Assembly: GCF_006345805.1 (NCBI RefSeq)
Contig: NC_043008.1
Span: forward strand, 67,022,001 to 67,086,000
DNA: 64,000 bases
Direction of reading: 5' to 3'
Source: Octopus sinensis
Taxonomy: Eukaryota
The notes under the pieces were generated by a model. It ran no database searches, was not told the DNA's origin, and worked only from the letters and a program-made list of their open reading frames with translations. Positions 52,495-64,000 of this stretch are shown here, in pieces (positions within the stretch are counted from its first letter, which is position 1; every line of letters begins with the position of its first letter). Both the position numbers and the translations under genes were made by a program.

Positions 52495-52685
52495 TGACAG
52501 AAGTAGGAAGAAAGAGTGAGAGAAAGTAGTGGTGAAAGAATATAGCGGGGTTCACCACCTCAGTGGAGCCACATGGAGCTTAGGTGTTTTTGCTCAATAA
52601 ACACTCACAATGCCCAGTCTGGGAATCGAAACTGCGTTCTTATGACTGTGAGTCCGCTGCCCTAACCACTTGGCCATTGCGCCTC
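52495..52685 (-). mobile_element. SINE family B, 5' part
   Basis: Homologous to 39855-40163. Confidence 0.75.
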
Positions 52686-53906
52686 CTCTACTGTTGTTGT
52701 CATCATAGCAAATGTTGCTGTGGTCGATGATATTGTTGCTTGGTGGTGATGTTGATGCTTTGTTATTGTTGTTGATGGTGATGTTTGCATTGTCATTTTT
52801 ATTATTGATAGAGGTGGTGGTGGTGGTGGTGGTGGTGGTGGTAAAGGTACTGCTCTGCTGATGCTACCATTTTCATCCAAGGGCATCTGGGTTTCTATTT
52901 TTATAAATAGAACATCCCATGATGTTTGACATGACACTGTAAAGAATAGATAATTATTTGGACAGAAATATTTGGTTAGAGGAATTAGCAATGATTTTGG
53001 TACAACACTAATTTTCTTTTGTTGTTTTCGTTTTTGTTCACAAGGGAAAGAGAGAGAATATAGGCCAAGAACTATATATCCCTATATTATTGACCCTGTA
53101 GATAAGAATTGGTTTCTGTTGTTTTACTAAAGAATAGCTGTGTTGTTAAAAATAACTTAATTTGTAGAAAGACAGACAAGAAGACAAGAACAGCAATGAG
53201 AGAAGAAAGATATAGTGAGAGGTGATGAAAGAGAAGGGAATTAGAAAAACAAAGGAAGGAAGAGAGAGAGAAGAGGAATGGAAAAAAAAGAAAGGAGAGA
53301 AAAGGAAAAGTGATGCAGAACAAAAATATATAAAATTATATAGTTTGGTGAAGAAAATTAAGTTTTGACATATACAAACAATATCTATATTAGATTCTGT
53401 GAATCAATGAGCTACAGACAGTTACGTTAATGACAAAAGGAAGAATGTTAATTTGTAGGAGGAAAATTCAGAAAATATATTGAGAAAGGTATCTCTAGTA
53501 GATCACTTCTATTAATGATATAGGTTAGATATTTGGTAAATACCCAATCTATAACATTGTATGACAAAATTTAATACATATACACACAAACATGATCATG
53601 TATATATATATGCATACATAATTAAAAGAATTTAGTTTCTCTCTGGACTTCCACTTTCTCAACACTCATATACAAGCAAACTGACACAATATCAATTTTT
53701 CAAAAGAATACACACCCAGTTTAATTGACTAATACTACAAGCACTATTTTTTGGCCATGTACCAATGTAAAAAGGAAATCATCATCATCATCAGTATAAT
53801 GATGAAAATAAAAATAATTATATCATTATTCTTCCTCTTCTTCTATATTATTATTATTATCATCATCATCATTATTACATGTATTTTTTTTCATTTTATA
53901 GATATA

Positions 53907-54076
53907 CAGGTGCAGGAGTGGCTGTGTGATAAGTAGCTTGCTTACCAACCACATAGTTCCAGGTTCAGTCCCACTATATGGCATCTTGGACAAGTGTCTT
54001 CTATTATAGCCTTGGGCTGACCAAAGCTTTGTGAGTGGATTTGGTAGACAAAAACTGAAAGAAGCCCATCATATAC

Positions 54077-54120
<44 letters not shown>

Positions 54121-54305
54121 TTGTCCTCCCAACATCGCCTGACAACTAATGCTGGTGTGTTTACATCCCTGTAACTTAGCAGTTCGGCAAAAGAGACCAA
54201 TAGAATAAGTACTAGGCTTACAAAGAATAAGTCCTGAGATTGATTTGCTTGATTAAAGGCAGTGTTCCAACATGGCCACAGTCAAATGACTGAAACAAAT
54301 AAAAT
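53907..54305 (+). mobile_element. SINE family A, near full length
   Basis: Homologous to 4387-4762. Confidence 0.85.
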
Positions 54306-55139
54306 GGAAAAATAAAAAAAGAATATGACATGCATATATGCAAATGAGAATTAACTTCAATGCAATACAATTTTTTAACTCGTTGAGTCTGGAGGAAAAG
54401 GCAGTGCCATGAGCCTTGCAAGGCTCCCACCCCAGCACCAATAAGCTTGATGTCATTAATATTTCATTTAAACAGTTTCAGGTCAACACTACAGGAAAAA
54501 TATGAACAAGGAGGAGATTTCAATGGTTTGATGTTCTGGGGGAAAAGGATTGGGCATAGAGATTAGCGCAGAGCTGGGGAGATTATACAAAACATAGGTG
54601 GTGAGTGGTGGAAAGTGGGGCACCTTAATGGTGGAGTCATGAGATAAGCTAACTCTGAGGAGCAAAGATAATTGAAGTAGCAGTAGAAAAAACAGAGGAA
54701 GGAGACAGCACACCTGTGTGCCAGAAATGAGAGCATGTCTGAGTGATTGGGCACCAATTTGTCAATTGGCCCTTCCCAGGAGGCAGTCTAAGATATTTAT
54801 GTACATAGCAGTGACATTGTCCTTAATGTTGGGACAATAAGTAAAATAAACTTTTTGGTTCATACTGGCTCATAAGGGCCAGTTTCCTGGTTTCATGGCA
54901 TATATATTCCCAACCTGGATGGATCACCGGTCCATCACAGGATTACTCAATTTTGCCAGTTGGGTGGACCTGAACATCATGAAATGAAGTGTTTTTTACT
55001 CAAGAACACAACACACTACCTGGTTTAGGAATCGAAACCACAATCTTACGATCACGAATCCAAACTCCTAACCACTAAGCCGCATACCACCACTTGTAGG
55101 GACAGTACTCCATTGTGGGCCTCACTTGAGCTTCATAGA

Positions 55140-55510
55140 GGGTCAGCAGGTTTTAGGGGCTGAAATAGTGTCTAGTGCTGAAGAGAATATTGTCTAGCTC
55201 TGGGATGCAGTCTTACTTAAGCTAAGGATGTACTTTCACCAGAAGAGATCCCCAGCAATAGTCAGGCCCAGTATTTGGGGCAGCTGTGAGGGTTCTAGCT
55301 GAATACCACACATGAATGTAAGCATGGTATTGTTGTGCTTTCTTCAAAAGAACAGTGCTTGCGCTTTTTCTTTTTTAGATATGTGATATTTAGACTACAT
55401 GTGGATGATGCAATGGTTGAGAAAAGGTAGGAAGAAATGAAGAGCCAGGCCATGTTGTCAACATAAGACTGGGCATTATTGAATATGGTGGCAAGCAGGT
55501 CATCGATGTA
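55140..55510 (-). pseudogene. CR1/Jockey-group reverse transcriptase relic
   Basis: YIDDLLATIFNNAQSYVDNM resembles the YINDL...YADD RT motif region; downstream frames are broken. Confidence 0.45.
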
Positions 55511-55528
55511 TGTATATATATATCTATA

Positions 55529-55764
55529 TCTTATTTCTTTATTACCCACAAGGGGCTAAACATAGAGGGGAAAAACAAGGACAGACAAAGGGATTAAGTC
55601 GATTACATCAACTCCAGTGCGTAACTGGTACTTAATTTATCAACCCCAAAAGGATGAAAGGCAAAGTCGACCTTGGCGGAATTTGAACTCAGAACGTAAC
55701 GGCAGACGAAATACTGCTAAGCATTTCGCCCCATGTACTAATGTTTCTGCCAGCTCGCTGCCTT
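55529..55764 (-). mobile_element. SINE family D with a single (terminal-type) unit
   Basis: Head AAGGCAGCGAGCTGGCAGAAAC, one body unit, ends AATAAAGAAATAAG. Confidence 0.9.
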
Positions 55765-55779
55765 ATATATATATATATA

Positions 55780-56161
55780 TATATATTATATAAAATCCAT
55801 TCTGTCTGTCTGTGTATGTGTCTTCTAGGATCTCAGGCATCTTCCATCCGATTGCGCTCAAATTTGATATGTAAATACTGACAGTATCAGGGCATGTATA
55901 AATCTTGAAAAAATTACAAAAATCGATTCCAGGTGAGAATGCGATTGATAAAGCTGTGGGAAGAGGCATTTGTAAAATCGTTTTTCTTGGAATAGAAAAA
56001 AGTCTATCGTCATATCTTCTTTTGCTGGTGTCTCAAATTTAGGTTAAATCAGTGTTTCTCAAAAAGGAGGCCTATGGGACAGTCAGACAAGTTGTTTTGA
56101 GAAAATTTGGTTTAAATGTTTGACAACCCAGCACCGTCCATTGGATGGGGGTATTTTGCTC

Positions 56162-56165
<4 letters not shown>
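55780..56165 (+). mobile_element. Non-autonomous Helitron-type element
   Basis: Starts TATATAAAAT..CTGTCTGTCTGT and ends with hairpin CCGTCCATTGGATGGGG followed by TATTTTGCTCGT (decayed CTAGT). Confidence 0.6.
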
Positions 56166-56214
<49 letters not shown>

Positions 56215-56215
<1 letters not shown>

Positions 56216-56545
56216 TGTAAGATACAAATAAGATGATAATTTATTTTTGAATGCAGAGATGCTGTTAGAACAGCAGATATATTGGGTAAATTACCCTTTC
56301 AAAGTTGAAAAATTTGTCAACAACCAACCATGGAACTCGAACCCACAGCCCTTGAAGACTCAGGCCAAGTGCTTTACCATTATGTTAAACTGCCCGCTGA
56401 GTCTTCAAGGGATGTGGGTTCAAGTTCCATGGCTGGTTGTTGACAAATCTTTCAACTTTGAAAGGGTAATTTACCCAAAATTTCTGCTGTTCTAACAGCA
56501 TCTCTGCACTCAAAAATAAATTATCATCTTATTTGTATCTTACAA
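56215..56545. mobile_element. 331-bp near-perfect palindrome containing a tRNA-like head
   Basis: TTGTAAGATACAAATAAGATGATAATTTATTTTTG..GAAGACTCAG mirrored by CTGAGTCTTC..CAAAAATAAATTATCATCTTATTTGTATCTTACAA; about 33-nt loop. Confidence 0.9.
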
Positions 56546-56593
56546 TAAACATTTCAATGCTTATAAAAAAAAACAAATGTTTGTTTATACATA

Positions 56594-56629
<36 letters not shown>

Positions 56630-58367
56630 TGTATGTATGTATATGCGTGAATATAAATATAAACAAACTAACATTACATATATGACCTGCATGCAGAAAA
56701 ATACAGTATATGTGTGTGCATGTATGTGTATTCATGTATGAAAGCAATTATATAATTTATTAAAAAAAAACATTGCATAATAAAAAATTAATAAAAACGT
56801 ATTTTACTTCTTTCAGTTATCATTTGCTCACACTTTCCCTTCATATTTATATTTATTCATATATGTAGAATAATTTGGTTAGTGTTTTAGAGTAAAAGAT
56901 AAAACCACCTGTAGTTATGGCTCACATCTGTATACAGAGTATGTAATTATGTGTCTATTTATGGTACAGTTGATATCTGTTGAATACAGTATTAATATAA
57001 TATTCCAGTGATGCATAAGGACATATTCTGTTGGCTTATTCATATAAGCAATTCAGCAATTTTGTTACACACCTATCAATACTCAGTTACGTAACACTTA
57101 TACACAATATTATAATGAAATTTTAGTGCTTCTTCATCTCTGGGGTTCCCTGAAGGGAAACATAGTTCTGAAAAATTTATATAATAAATAAGTATTCAAA
57201 AATAATGTTTCATATTAACATAAGGATCTGAAACTTAGCAGTTTACATGAAAAAAATCACCTACTTTAAACCCACAGATGAATCATTCAACCATAAGAAT
57301 GAAAAAAATGGACATCATGTGGTTTAATCCACCACACAATCTAGAAGTAGCTACTCTACATCTTTTTTCTCATTACTAAAAACACTGTTCCCCAACATAG
57401 GTATTGCCCAATATTTTATAAAAGTATAAGTAAAATCTCATATTTAATCAGCCTAATTATAATAATCTATCATCTCTAACTCAACATCATCAGCAAAATC
57501 CTAACTTTCACAAAAATTTCAACTTTACCAAGAACTATGGTGGAAAGAATAAGTTTATCTAAAAAAAAAGCCAAGAATGAACTAGCTGCAAAAATGTATT
57601 ACTATAAGAATTCTTATAACTAATTTATCTTGAATTTCACAGATAAAACTTTAATGACAATAATGAAAGAAGGCAGAAGATGGGTTATTTTTCATAGCTG
57701 AAATCATTATTGATCCTTTTGATACCAACCTGTCCAAGACCACACCCAGTTCTATGGGGGTGGTCTTTTTCCATATTTTCAAAATTAATTGAAACAAGGT
57801 CAGTATAGTCTAACAGAAATATGGTAGCAAAAAATGGTCAAACAAGGCCGCCATTGTCAAGTCATTCCCAGCAGGAATTTTTTGTGTTAATCTCTCTTCA
57901 GCATAAGGCCTGCTTGCTCAAGCTATGATGAGGCTAAGATGTTGATCCAATTGATGCATTGCTCCAAATGGAATATGGAATCCTGTCATAGGCTCCATCT
58001 GTCAATTATGTAGAGACTGATGATAAAGAGTGGAATTTGAACACAGAATGCAAAGAGGTATAGTAGTTACTGCAAGACATCTTGTCCACCACCCTACCCC
58101 ACTAGACAGGTACTAAAAGGCAAAACCGACTTCAGCAGAATTTGAACTCAGATCACAGAGACTCAATGCAAATATGATATGGCAGTCTGTCTGAGCCATA
58201 TGCAATTCTTCCCATTTGCAGTGTGTGTGTGTATTTAGTTGGTGCATTCAGCCCTATATACTATATGTACTGTTCATATCTTGGTGTACCAATCTTCAGA
58301 TTTTGACAAGCATCTTGCTGACCATGAAAAACACAGTGTGGTGACAATGAACACTTAACTCTCTCTC

Positions 58368-58580
58368 TTTTACTCTTTTATTTGTTTCAGTCATTTGATT
58401 GCGGCCATGCTGGAGCACTGCCTTTACGCGAGCAAATCGACCCCAGGCCTTATTCTTTGTAAGCCTAGTACTTATTCTATCAGTCTTTTTTGTCGAACCT
58501 CTATGTTACAGGGACAATACACACCAGCATCAGTTGTCAAGCAATGTTGGGGGGGACAAACACAGACACACAAACATATG

Positions 58581-58616
<36 letters not shown>

Positions 58617-58746
58617 ATGGGCTTCTTTCAGTTTCTGTCTACCAAATTCACTCACAAGACACTTGCCCAAGGTGCCACACAGTGGGACTGAACCCAGAAC
58701 CATGTGGTTTGTAAGCAAGCTACTTACCACACAGCCACTCCTGCAC
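58368..58746 (-). mobile_element. SINE family A with internal deletion
   Basis: Reverse complement of 4387-4762, lacking the CTATAGCC..AAAGCC block. Confidence 0.85.
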
Positions 58747-58873
58747 CTAACATAATACAATAGAAAAATTGTTTCTTTTTCTTATAGTTTTTAAAAATCT
58801 TTTGTCTTTTATTTATTTCAGTCTGTCTGCTAAATCCACTCATAAAAGCTTTGCTTGGCACAAGGCTATAGTA

Positions 58874-59221
58874 CAATGTTTCCCAACCTATTTTCTACCA
58901 GGCTCCACAATAACTTTCCAGAAAAATGTATGCCCCACATGTGGTTGGAAAAAAACAATTTCATTTTTAATATTTCATAATTATAAACTTTTTTTAAAGA
59001 AATATCTACACTAGGACATTAGGACAGCACTATACTGAAACAAACAGTTTTCACGTACTGTGTGAAGACTGGGGGGATTTTGATTAGGTTGAGTATAGGT
59101 GTAGTATGTTTGCTGAGGAAAAAAGATTTTCACAATTCCACATACCCCTAAAAAAACAGAAAAAAAATTTTGGACCCCATGCCCCACCACGACTTTCCCA
59201 GGCCCATGTTGGGAATCACTG
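58874..59221. mobile_element. hAT-superfamily MITE with 8-bp TSD
   Basis: TSD CTATAGTA at 58866-58873 and 59222-59229; TIRs CAATGTTTCCCAAC and GTTGGGAATCACTG. Confidence 0.9.
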
Positions 59222-59325
59222 CTATAGTAAAAGACACTTGCCCAAGGTGCCATCTGCCGTTACGTTCTGAGTTCAAATTCCTCTGAGGTCGACTTTGCTT
59301 TTCATCCTTTTGGGGGTCAAAAAAT

Positions 59326-59854
59326 TATGAGTCATTCCTTCAGCTGGCAAGGTCATGGCATCAGTCTTTTGGGATTCTCAAGGTGTCTTGCTGATCGATT
59401 ACCTTGAAAAGGGTCACACCGTGTCAAGGCTGTATTATTCTCAGCTACTGAAACACCTCCGAAAAGCAATCAAAGAAAAAAGGCTGGAAATGCTCACCAG
59501 AGGAGTCCTTTTTCATCACGACAATGCCCCAGCCCACACCTCAGTGGTTCCCATAGCCACAATTCGTGATTGTGGATACGAACTTGTTCCCCATCCACCT
59601 TATTTGCCAGACTTAGTCCCCTATGACTTTCATCTATTCCTTAAAATGAAAAAAGCCCTCATTTTGCCAGTGACAATGATGTCATAGACGCTGTAGGAAG
59701 TTTCTTGGAGTCTCAAACCAGGATAATGGCGCTTCAGCACTGCTGGAGAAATTGTTCGGCCATCGAGGGGGCCTATGTTGAAAAATAAATCCTCAGCAGT
59801 CTTGTACTGTGTTATGTTTTTTTGAGCCTCAAGAATTTTCATACACCCCTCGTA
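59326..59854 (+). mobile_element. Mariner transposon 3' half (catalytic-domain fragment plus right TIR)
   Basis: SAGKVMASVFWDSQGVLLIDYLEKG..VLFHHDNAPAHTS..HPPYLPDLVPYDFHLF; ends TTTTCATACACCCCTCG-TA. Confidence 0.9.
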
Positions 59855-60397
59855 AGTACCAGTTGAGTACTGGGGTCAATGTAATCGACTATCCACCTCC
59901 CCAAAATTTCGGGTCTTGTGCCTACAGTAAAAAGTGCAACACAATGAGGTTAAACCCAGAACTATGTGGCTGGGTAGCAAACTTCTTACCATACAGTGGC
60001 ATCACTGCCTATAAACTTTAGAAACATATCTTTTCAGTCTCTTACGTTAATCATGCAAGAAAAAAAGTAATCAAATAATCATTCAAGTTGCCTATTGGAA
60101 ATCATTACTTTAGAACAGAGGGTTAAAGAGCATTCAAAGAAACAAACTTTAAACAAACCAAGGGTTAATGCTTACAGTAGATGTTAAACATGCTGTTAGT
60201 AACCACTACATGCTTTCGCAAACATCAATGGTTTTGCCCTGTCTAAATAATAATAGAAATCATTCGTAACACCATGACTACAAATTCTCTTGCTTAATAA
60301 ATTACAGATTGTTAAACTCACCGTAAAAATAAATATATTCTGATACTACTCATTTTATAAATGTATGCATGTATATATATGTATATGTGTGTATGTG

Positions 60398-60429
<32 letters not shown>

Positions 60430-60800
60430 TACATATACATACATACATATACATACATGTATACATACACGTTTACATACACATATGTCCACACACACAC
60501 ACACACACACACATCAGAATTTTTCTATTGTCCTTTAAGTATATTTATCAATTTTTTTTTTTTGCTTTACTTTCAATTCTTTCTTAGTATGCTTTAGAAG
60601 TAAATAAAAACATATCACAAGGAAATACCCTGTACCATTTGAGAGAGAAAAAAAAAAGATAACCATCATAAAAACATTGTATATAGCGAACACAGTTTAA
60701 TAGTAAGAAAAAAATCGATTGACACATTTTTACTGATTTATCTGTATTTTTCCATCATTTTGTTTGGCTTTTTTGGTTTTATTTTTATGTTGTTTTTTAC

Positions 60801-60858
60801 CTCCTTTTAGTGAGCATATGTACAGTGTGTACAGACTACAATGCACTGGAGTCGCCAT
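60801..60858 (-). CDS. Candidate first (signal-peptide) coding exon of the nAChR-type gene
   Basis: ATGGCG start, MATPVHCSLYTLYICSLKG(G), donor GAG|GTAAAA, 58 nt, phase 1 compatible with the exon at 17260; hydrophobic core is weak. Confidence 0.3.
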
Positions 60859-60956
60859 ATTGGTACACATCCATTGAATTGTTGGGTAATTCAGAGAGAA
60901 AGAGTAGTAAAAATAGATAGATGAATAAACAAATAATAATAATAATAATAATAATG

Positions 60957-60992
<36 letters not shown>

Positions 60993-61714
60993 GAACGATT
61001 GATTGAATCTTGCAGACAAGCGACACACACACAAATTTCTGACATATAGTTTGATTGTGAAACCCACAGCTTGATCGATATAGTCATAAGATTAGTGTTG
61101 GGTGGACTTTCAGAATAGCTGTCATGAATAAAATGGAATTTTGCAAGGTTTTGGGCACAAAATTTTTCAATGTTTTATAGTATCCCACATTGCAAAAACA
61201 CTTATAAATTGCATTTAAAAAAGAAAATTTCCAAAATTCATGTTTTTCAACTGTCTCAAACCCTACCACTATTCTGCTTTAACTGTGTCTTCACACTATC
61301 TGCCCCTCTTTAAAATTTGCTTTTTCTTTTTTGCAATTTTGTCATTTTATAATCTACATTATGAAACATTTATCATTCATATATTTTTTTTTAATTCTTA
61401 AACACTTATAAGTTACATTTTTTAAAATTCTTAACCTCTCCCACACACTTCATCATTAAAATAAATTTTATTGGTGTTTTTACTTTCATATTTTTGCTAT
61501 TCTTTTTCCTCTATATGATACAAAAACTGAAGAAACCATACTTACAATGTGTTAATTTATTTCACAGCAAAATTACAATTTATTTTCCTCACACTTTTAA
61601 CATTCTGTAAAATCTATACTGTGAAATGTCAAAAAATTCCTCCCAAAATAAAAAAAAAATTGCATTTTATTTGTGACAGCTATGCAGAAAGTCCACTTAA
61701 CATTGCAACAAATG

Positions 61715-61870
61715 ACATGGTTGCCTATATAAGAAGCTTGCTACCTAACCATGTGGTTTCAGGTTCAGTCCCACTGCATGGCACCTTGGGCATATGGCTT
61801 CAACTATAGACCCAAACTGACCAAAGCCTTGTGGGTGGATTTGGAAGACAGGAACTGAAAGAAGATCATC

Positions 61871-61919
<49 letters not shown>

Positions 61920-62125
61920 CCTTTGTATTATGTTTGTCCCCCACCACTTCTTCACAACTTGTGTTGGTTTCTTTATGTCTCCATAACTTAGCAGTTCAGC
62001 AAAAGGGATTCACAAAATAGTATTAGGCTTAGAAAATAAATACTGGAGTCATTCCTTTGACTAAATCCTTCAAGGTAATGTCTCAACATGGCCACAATCC
62101 AATGACTGACAGAAGTAAAAGATAA
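61715..62125 (+). mobile_element. SINE family A, diverged
   Basis: GGTTCAGTCCCACTGCATGGCACCTTGGGC core, (GT)n, GACTGACAGAAGTAAAAG tail. Confidence 0.75.
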
Positions 62126-62279
62126 ACTTCTCTTAGTTCTTATATCACACAAACAGTAGCATATACATGTAGTCTCTTGGCAAGTCTATACTACAACATA
62201 CAGTGACCATTTCCTGCTTTAAGCTGTTGTACTTACACCGGAACTACTTCCAGAGATAGTACAAACATCAGAGTTTCTG

Positions 62280-62635
62280 TGTCAGTGGCACATAAAAAGT
62301 ACCATTCAAACTTTGGGCCTCACAGAGGCAGTGACAAGTGACAGAGATCTTTGGTAATACACCAAACTTGAAAAGACCCATCAAGCCAAGTGAGATTGTA
62401 GTCATGGCTGATACTGGTGTCATGCAACTAGCACCCATACTAGTGGCATGTAAAAAGCACCTATTACACTCTTGGAGTGGTTGGTATTAGGAAGGGCATC
62501 CAGCTGTAGAAAACATGCCAAAACAGATTGGAACCTGGTGCAGCTTCCCGGCTTTCCAGTTTTCAGTCAAACCATACAACCCATGCCAGAATGGTAAATA
62601 GACATTAAATGGTGATGCTAATGATGATGGTATTG
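62280..62635 (+). mobile_element. Retroposon family C
   Basis: GGAAGGGCATCCAGCTGTAGAAAAC..ACAACCCATGC..ATGATGATG. Confidence 0.7.
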
Positions 62636-62959
62636 GCATGGTTCTGTACTCAAGAAATTTACTTTGTAACCATGTGGTTTCAGATTCAGTCCTACATTGG
62701 TACCTTCAGTAGGTGTGTGTCTTCTACTAAAGCTCTAATTCAACTGAAGTCTTATAAGTGAATTTGGTAAATGGCAACTATGTGTGTATTATCGTTTTTC
62801 ACTTAGTGAACTGGCTATAAGAAATGAACAGAGAGACCCAAACTTAAAATCACCACTGGGATCGATTTGTTTAGCAATATCCCATAAGGTGGTGCTCCAC
62901 CATGGATACACTTTAATGACTGAAACCTACTAACCCCTATGCAAGAAAAGTAAACATCA

Positions 62960-63557
62960 AGGTGGCGAGCTGGCAGAAACGTTAGCATGCTGGTGAAATG
63001 CTTAGCGGTATTTCGTCTGCCGTTACGTTCTGAGCTCAAATTCCGCCGAGGTCGACTTTGCCTTTCATCCTTTCGGGGTCGATAAATTAAGTACCAGTTA
63101 CGCACTGGGGTCGATGTAATTGACTTAATAGCTATGTCTGTCCTTGTTTGTCCCCTCTGTGTTTAGCTCCTTGTGGGTAATAAAGAAATAGGTATTTCGT
63201 CTGCCGTTACATTCTGAGTTCAAATTCTGCCGAGGTCAACTTTGTCTTTCATCCTTTCGGGGTCAATTAAATAAGTACCAGTTACGCACAGAGGTTGATA
63301 TATTCGACTTAATCCATTTGTCTGTCCTTGTTTGTCTCCTCTGTGTGTAGCCTCTTGTGGGCAGTAAAGAAATAGGTATTTCATTTGCTGTTATTTTCTG
63401 AGTTCAAATTCCTCCAAGGTTGACTTTGCCTTTCATCCTTTCGGGGTCGATAAATTATGTACCAGTTACACACTGGGGTCGATGTAATCGACTAAATCCC
63501 TTTTTCCGTCCTTGTTTGTCCCCTCTATGTTTAGCCCCTTGTGGGCAATAAAGAAAT
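62960..63557 (+). mobile_element. SINE family D with three 184-bp units and a 17-bp TSD
   Basis: Units start at 63008, 63192 and 63376; AAGAAAAGTAAACATCA at 62943-62959 and 63558-63574. Confidence 0.92.
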
Positions 63558-64000
63558 AAGAAAAGTAAACATCATAGCTTTAATTCCTGGTTGAAGCTTC
63601 ATTTATGCTACTAATTCTTTTGTGAATGGCATGAAACACATCATTCCATATCCCTTCTCTAAAATATACAGAGCCTTTCTACCAATTCAAAAGAAAACCA
63701 TATTTCTAGATGCTTCTATCCCTCCTTTACAATGCCCTAACTCCAGCTGGATACAATATTTCACACTCAGCCTGAAACAACACTAACTCTAAAACAGCCC
63801 TAACTCTAACTTGATATAATAACTAAAGTATGGTCCAAATAAATCTAACTGCAGTTAGATATGGTACTTGACCTAAAACTTCTCTTAATTTCAGACAAAT
63901 ACACTAATTAACACTTGGCCAATATCCTTCTAAGTTGCTGCCAGATCCAGTGCTTAACACTTGGCTAAAATGATTGCGGTGATGGTAGTGGTAGTGGTAG

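Noticed and set aside
60322-60353. Minus-strand MSSIRIYLFL mini-exon with a strong ACG|GTGAGT donor
   Set aside because: Phase 2 from the ATG, too short for a signal peptide, and no pyrimidine tract for use as an internal exon.
63008-63191. Retrozyme hypothesis (hammerhead inside the 184-bp SINE unit)
   Set aside because: No CTGANGA core paired with GAAA on either strand of the unit; an HDV-like ribozyme cannot be excluded by eye.

Overview
Very AT-rich, microsatellite- and transposon-dense animal genomic DNA. The SINE repertoire looks like that of a coleoid cephalopod (Octopus-type); this is inferred from memory of such repeats, not from a search. The only well-supported host-gene feature is one 152-nt minus-strand coding exon (17109-17260) of a Cys-loop, nicotinic acetylcholine receptor-type subunit. 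It has canonical splice sites and the phase 1 / phase 0 layout typical of nAChR exon 2. A weak candidate for the signal-peptide exon lies at 60801-60858, and I found no exon 3 in the window, so nearly all of the 64 kb is probably two very large introns. The rest is SINEs of at least four families, relics of RTE, CR1-like, REL-endonuclease and Penelope-like retroelements, Tc1/mariner, hAT, piggyBac-type and Helitron-type elements, and several long foldback palindromes. The most notable non-coding signals are a SINE whose body is an exact 184-bp unit in 1-3 copies with position-specific variants, several decayed minimal hammerhead-ribozyme motifs, a palindrome built around a tRNA-like head, and a multi-layer nested insertion. 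Repeat boundaries are read by eye and are approximate unless a TSD or TIR is quoted.
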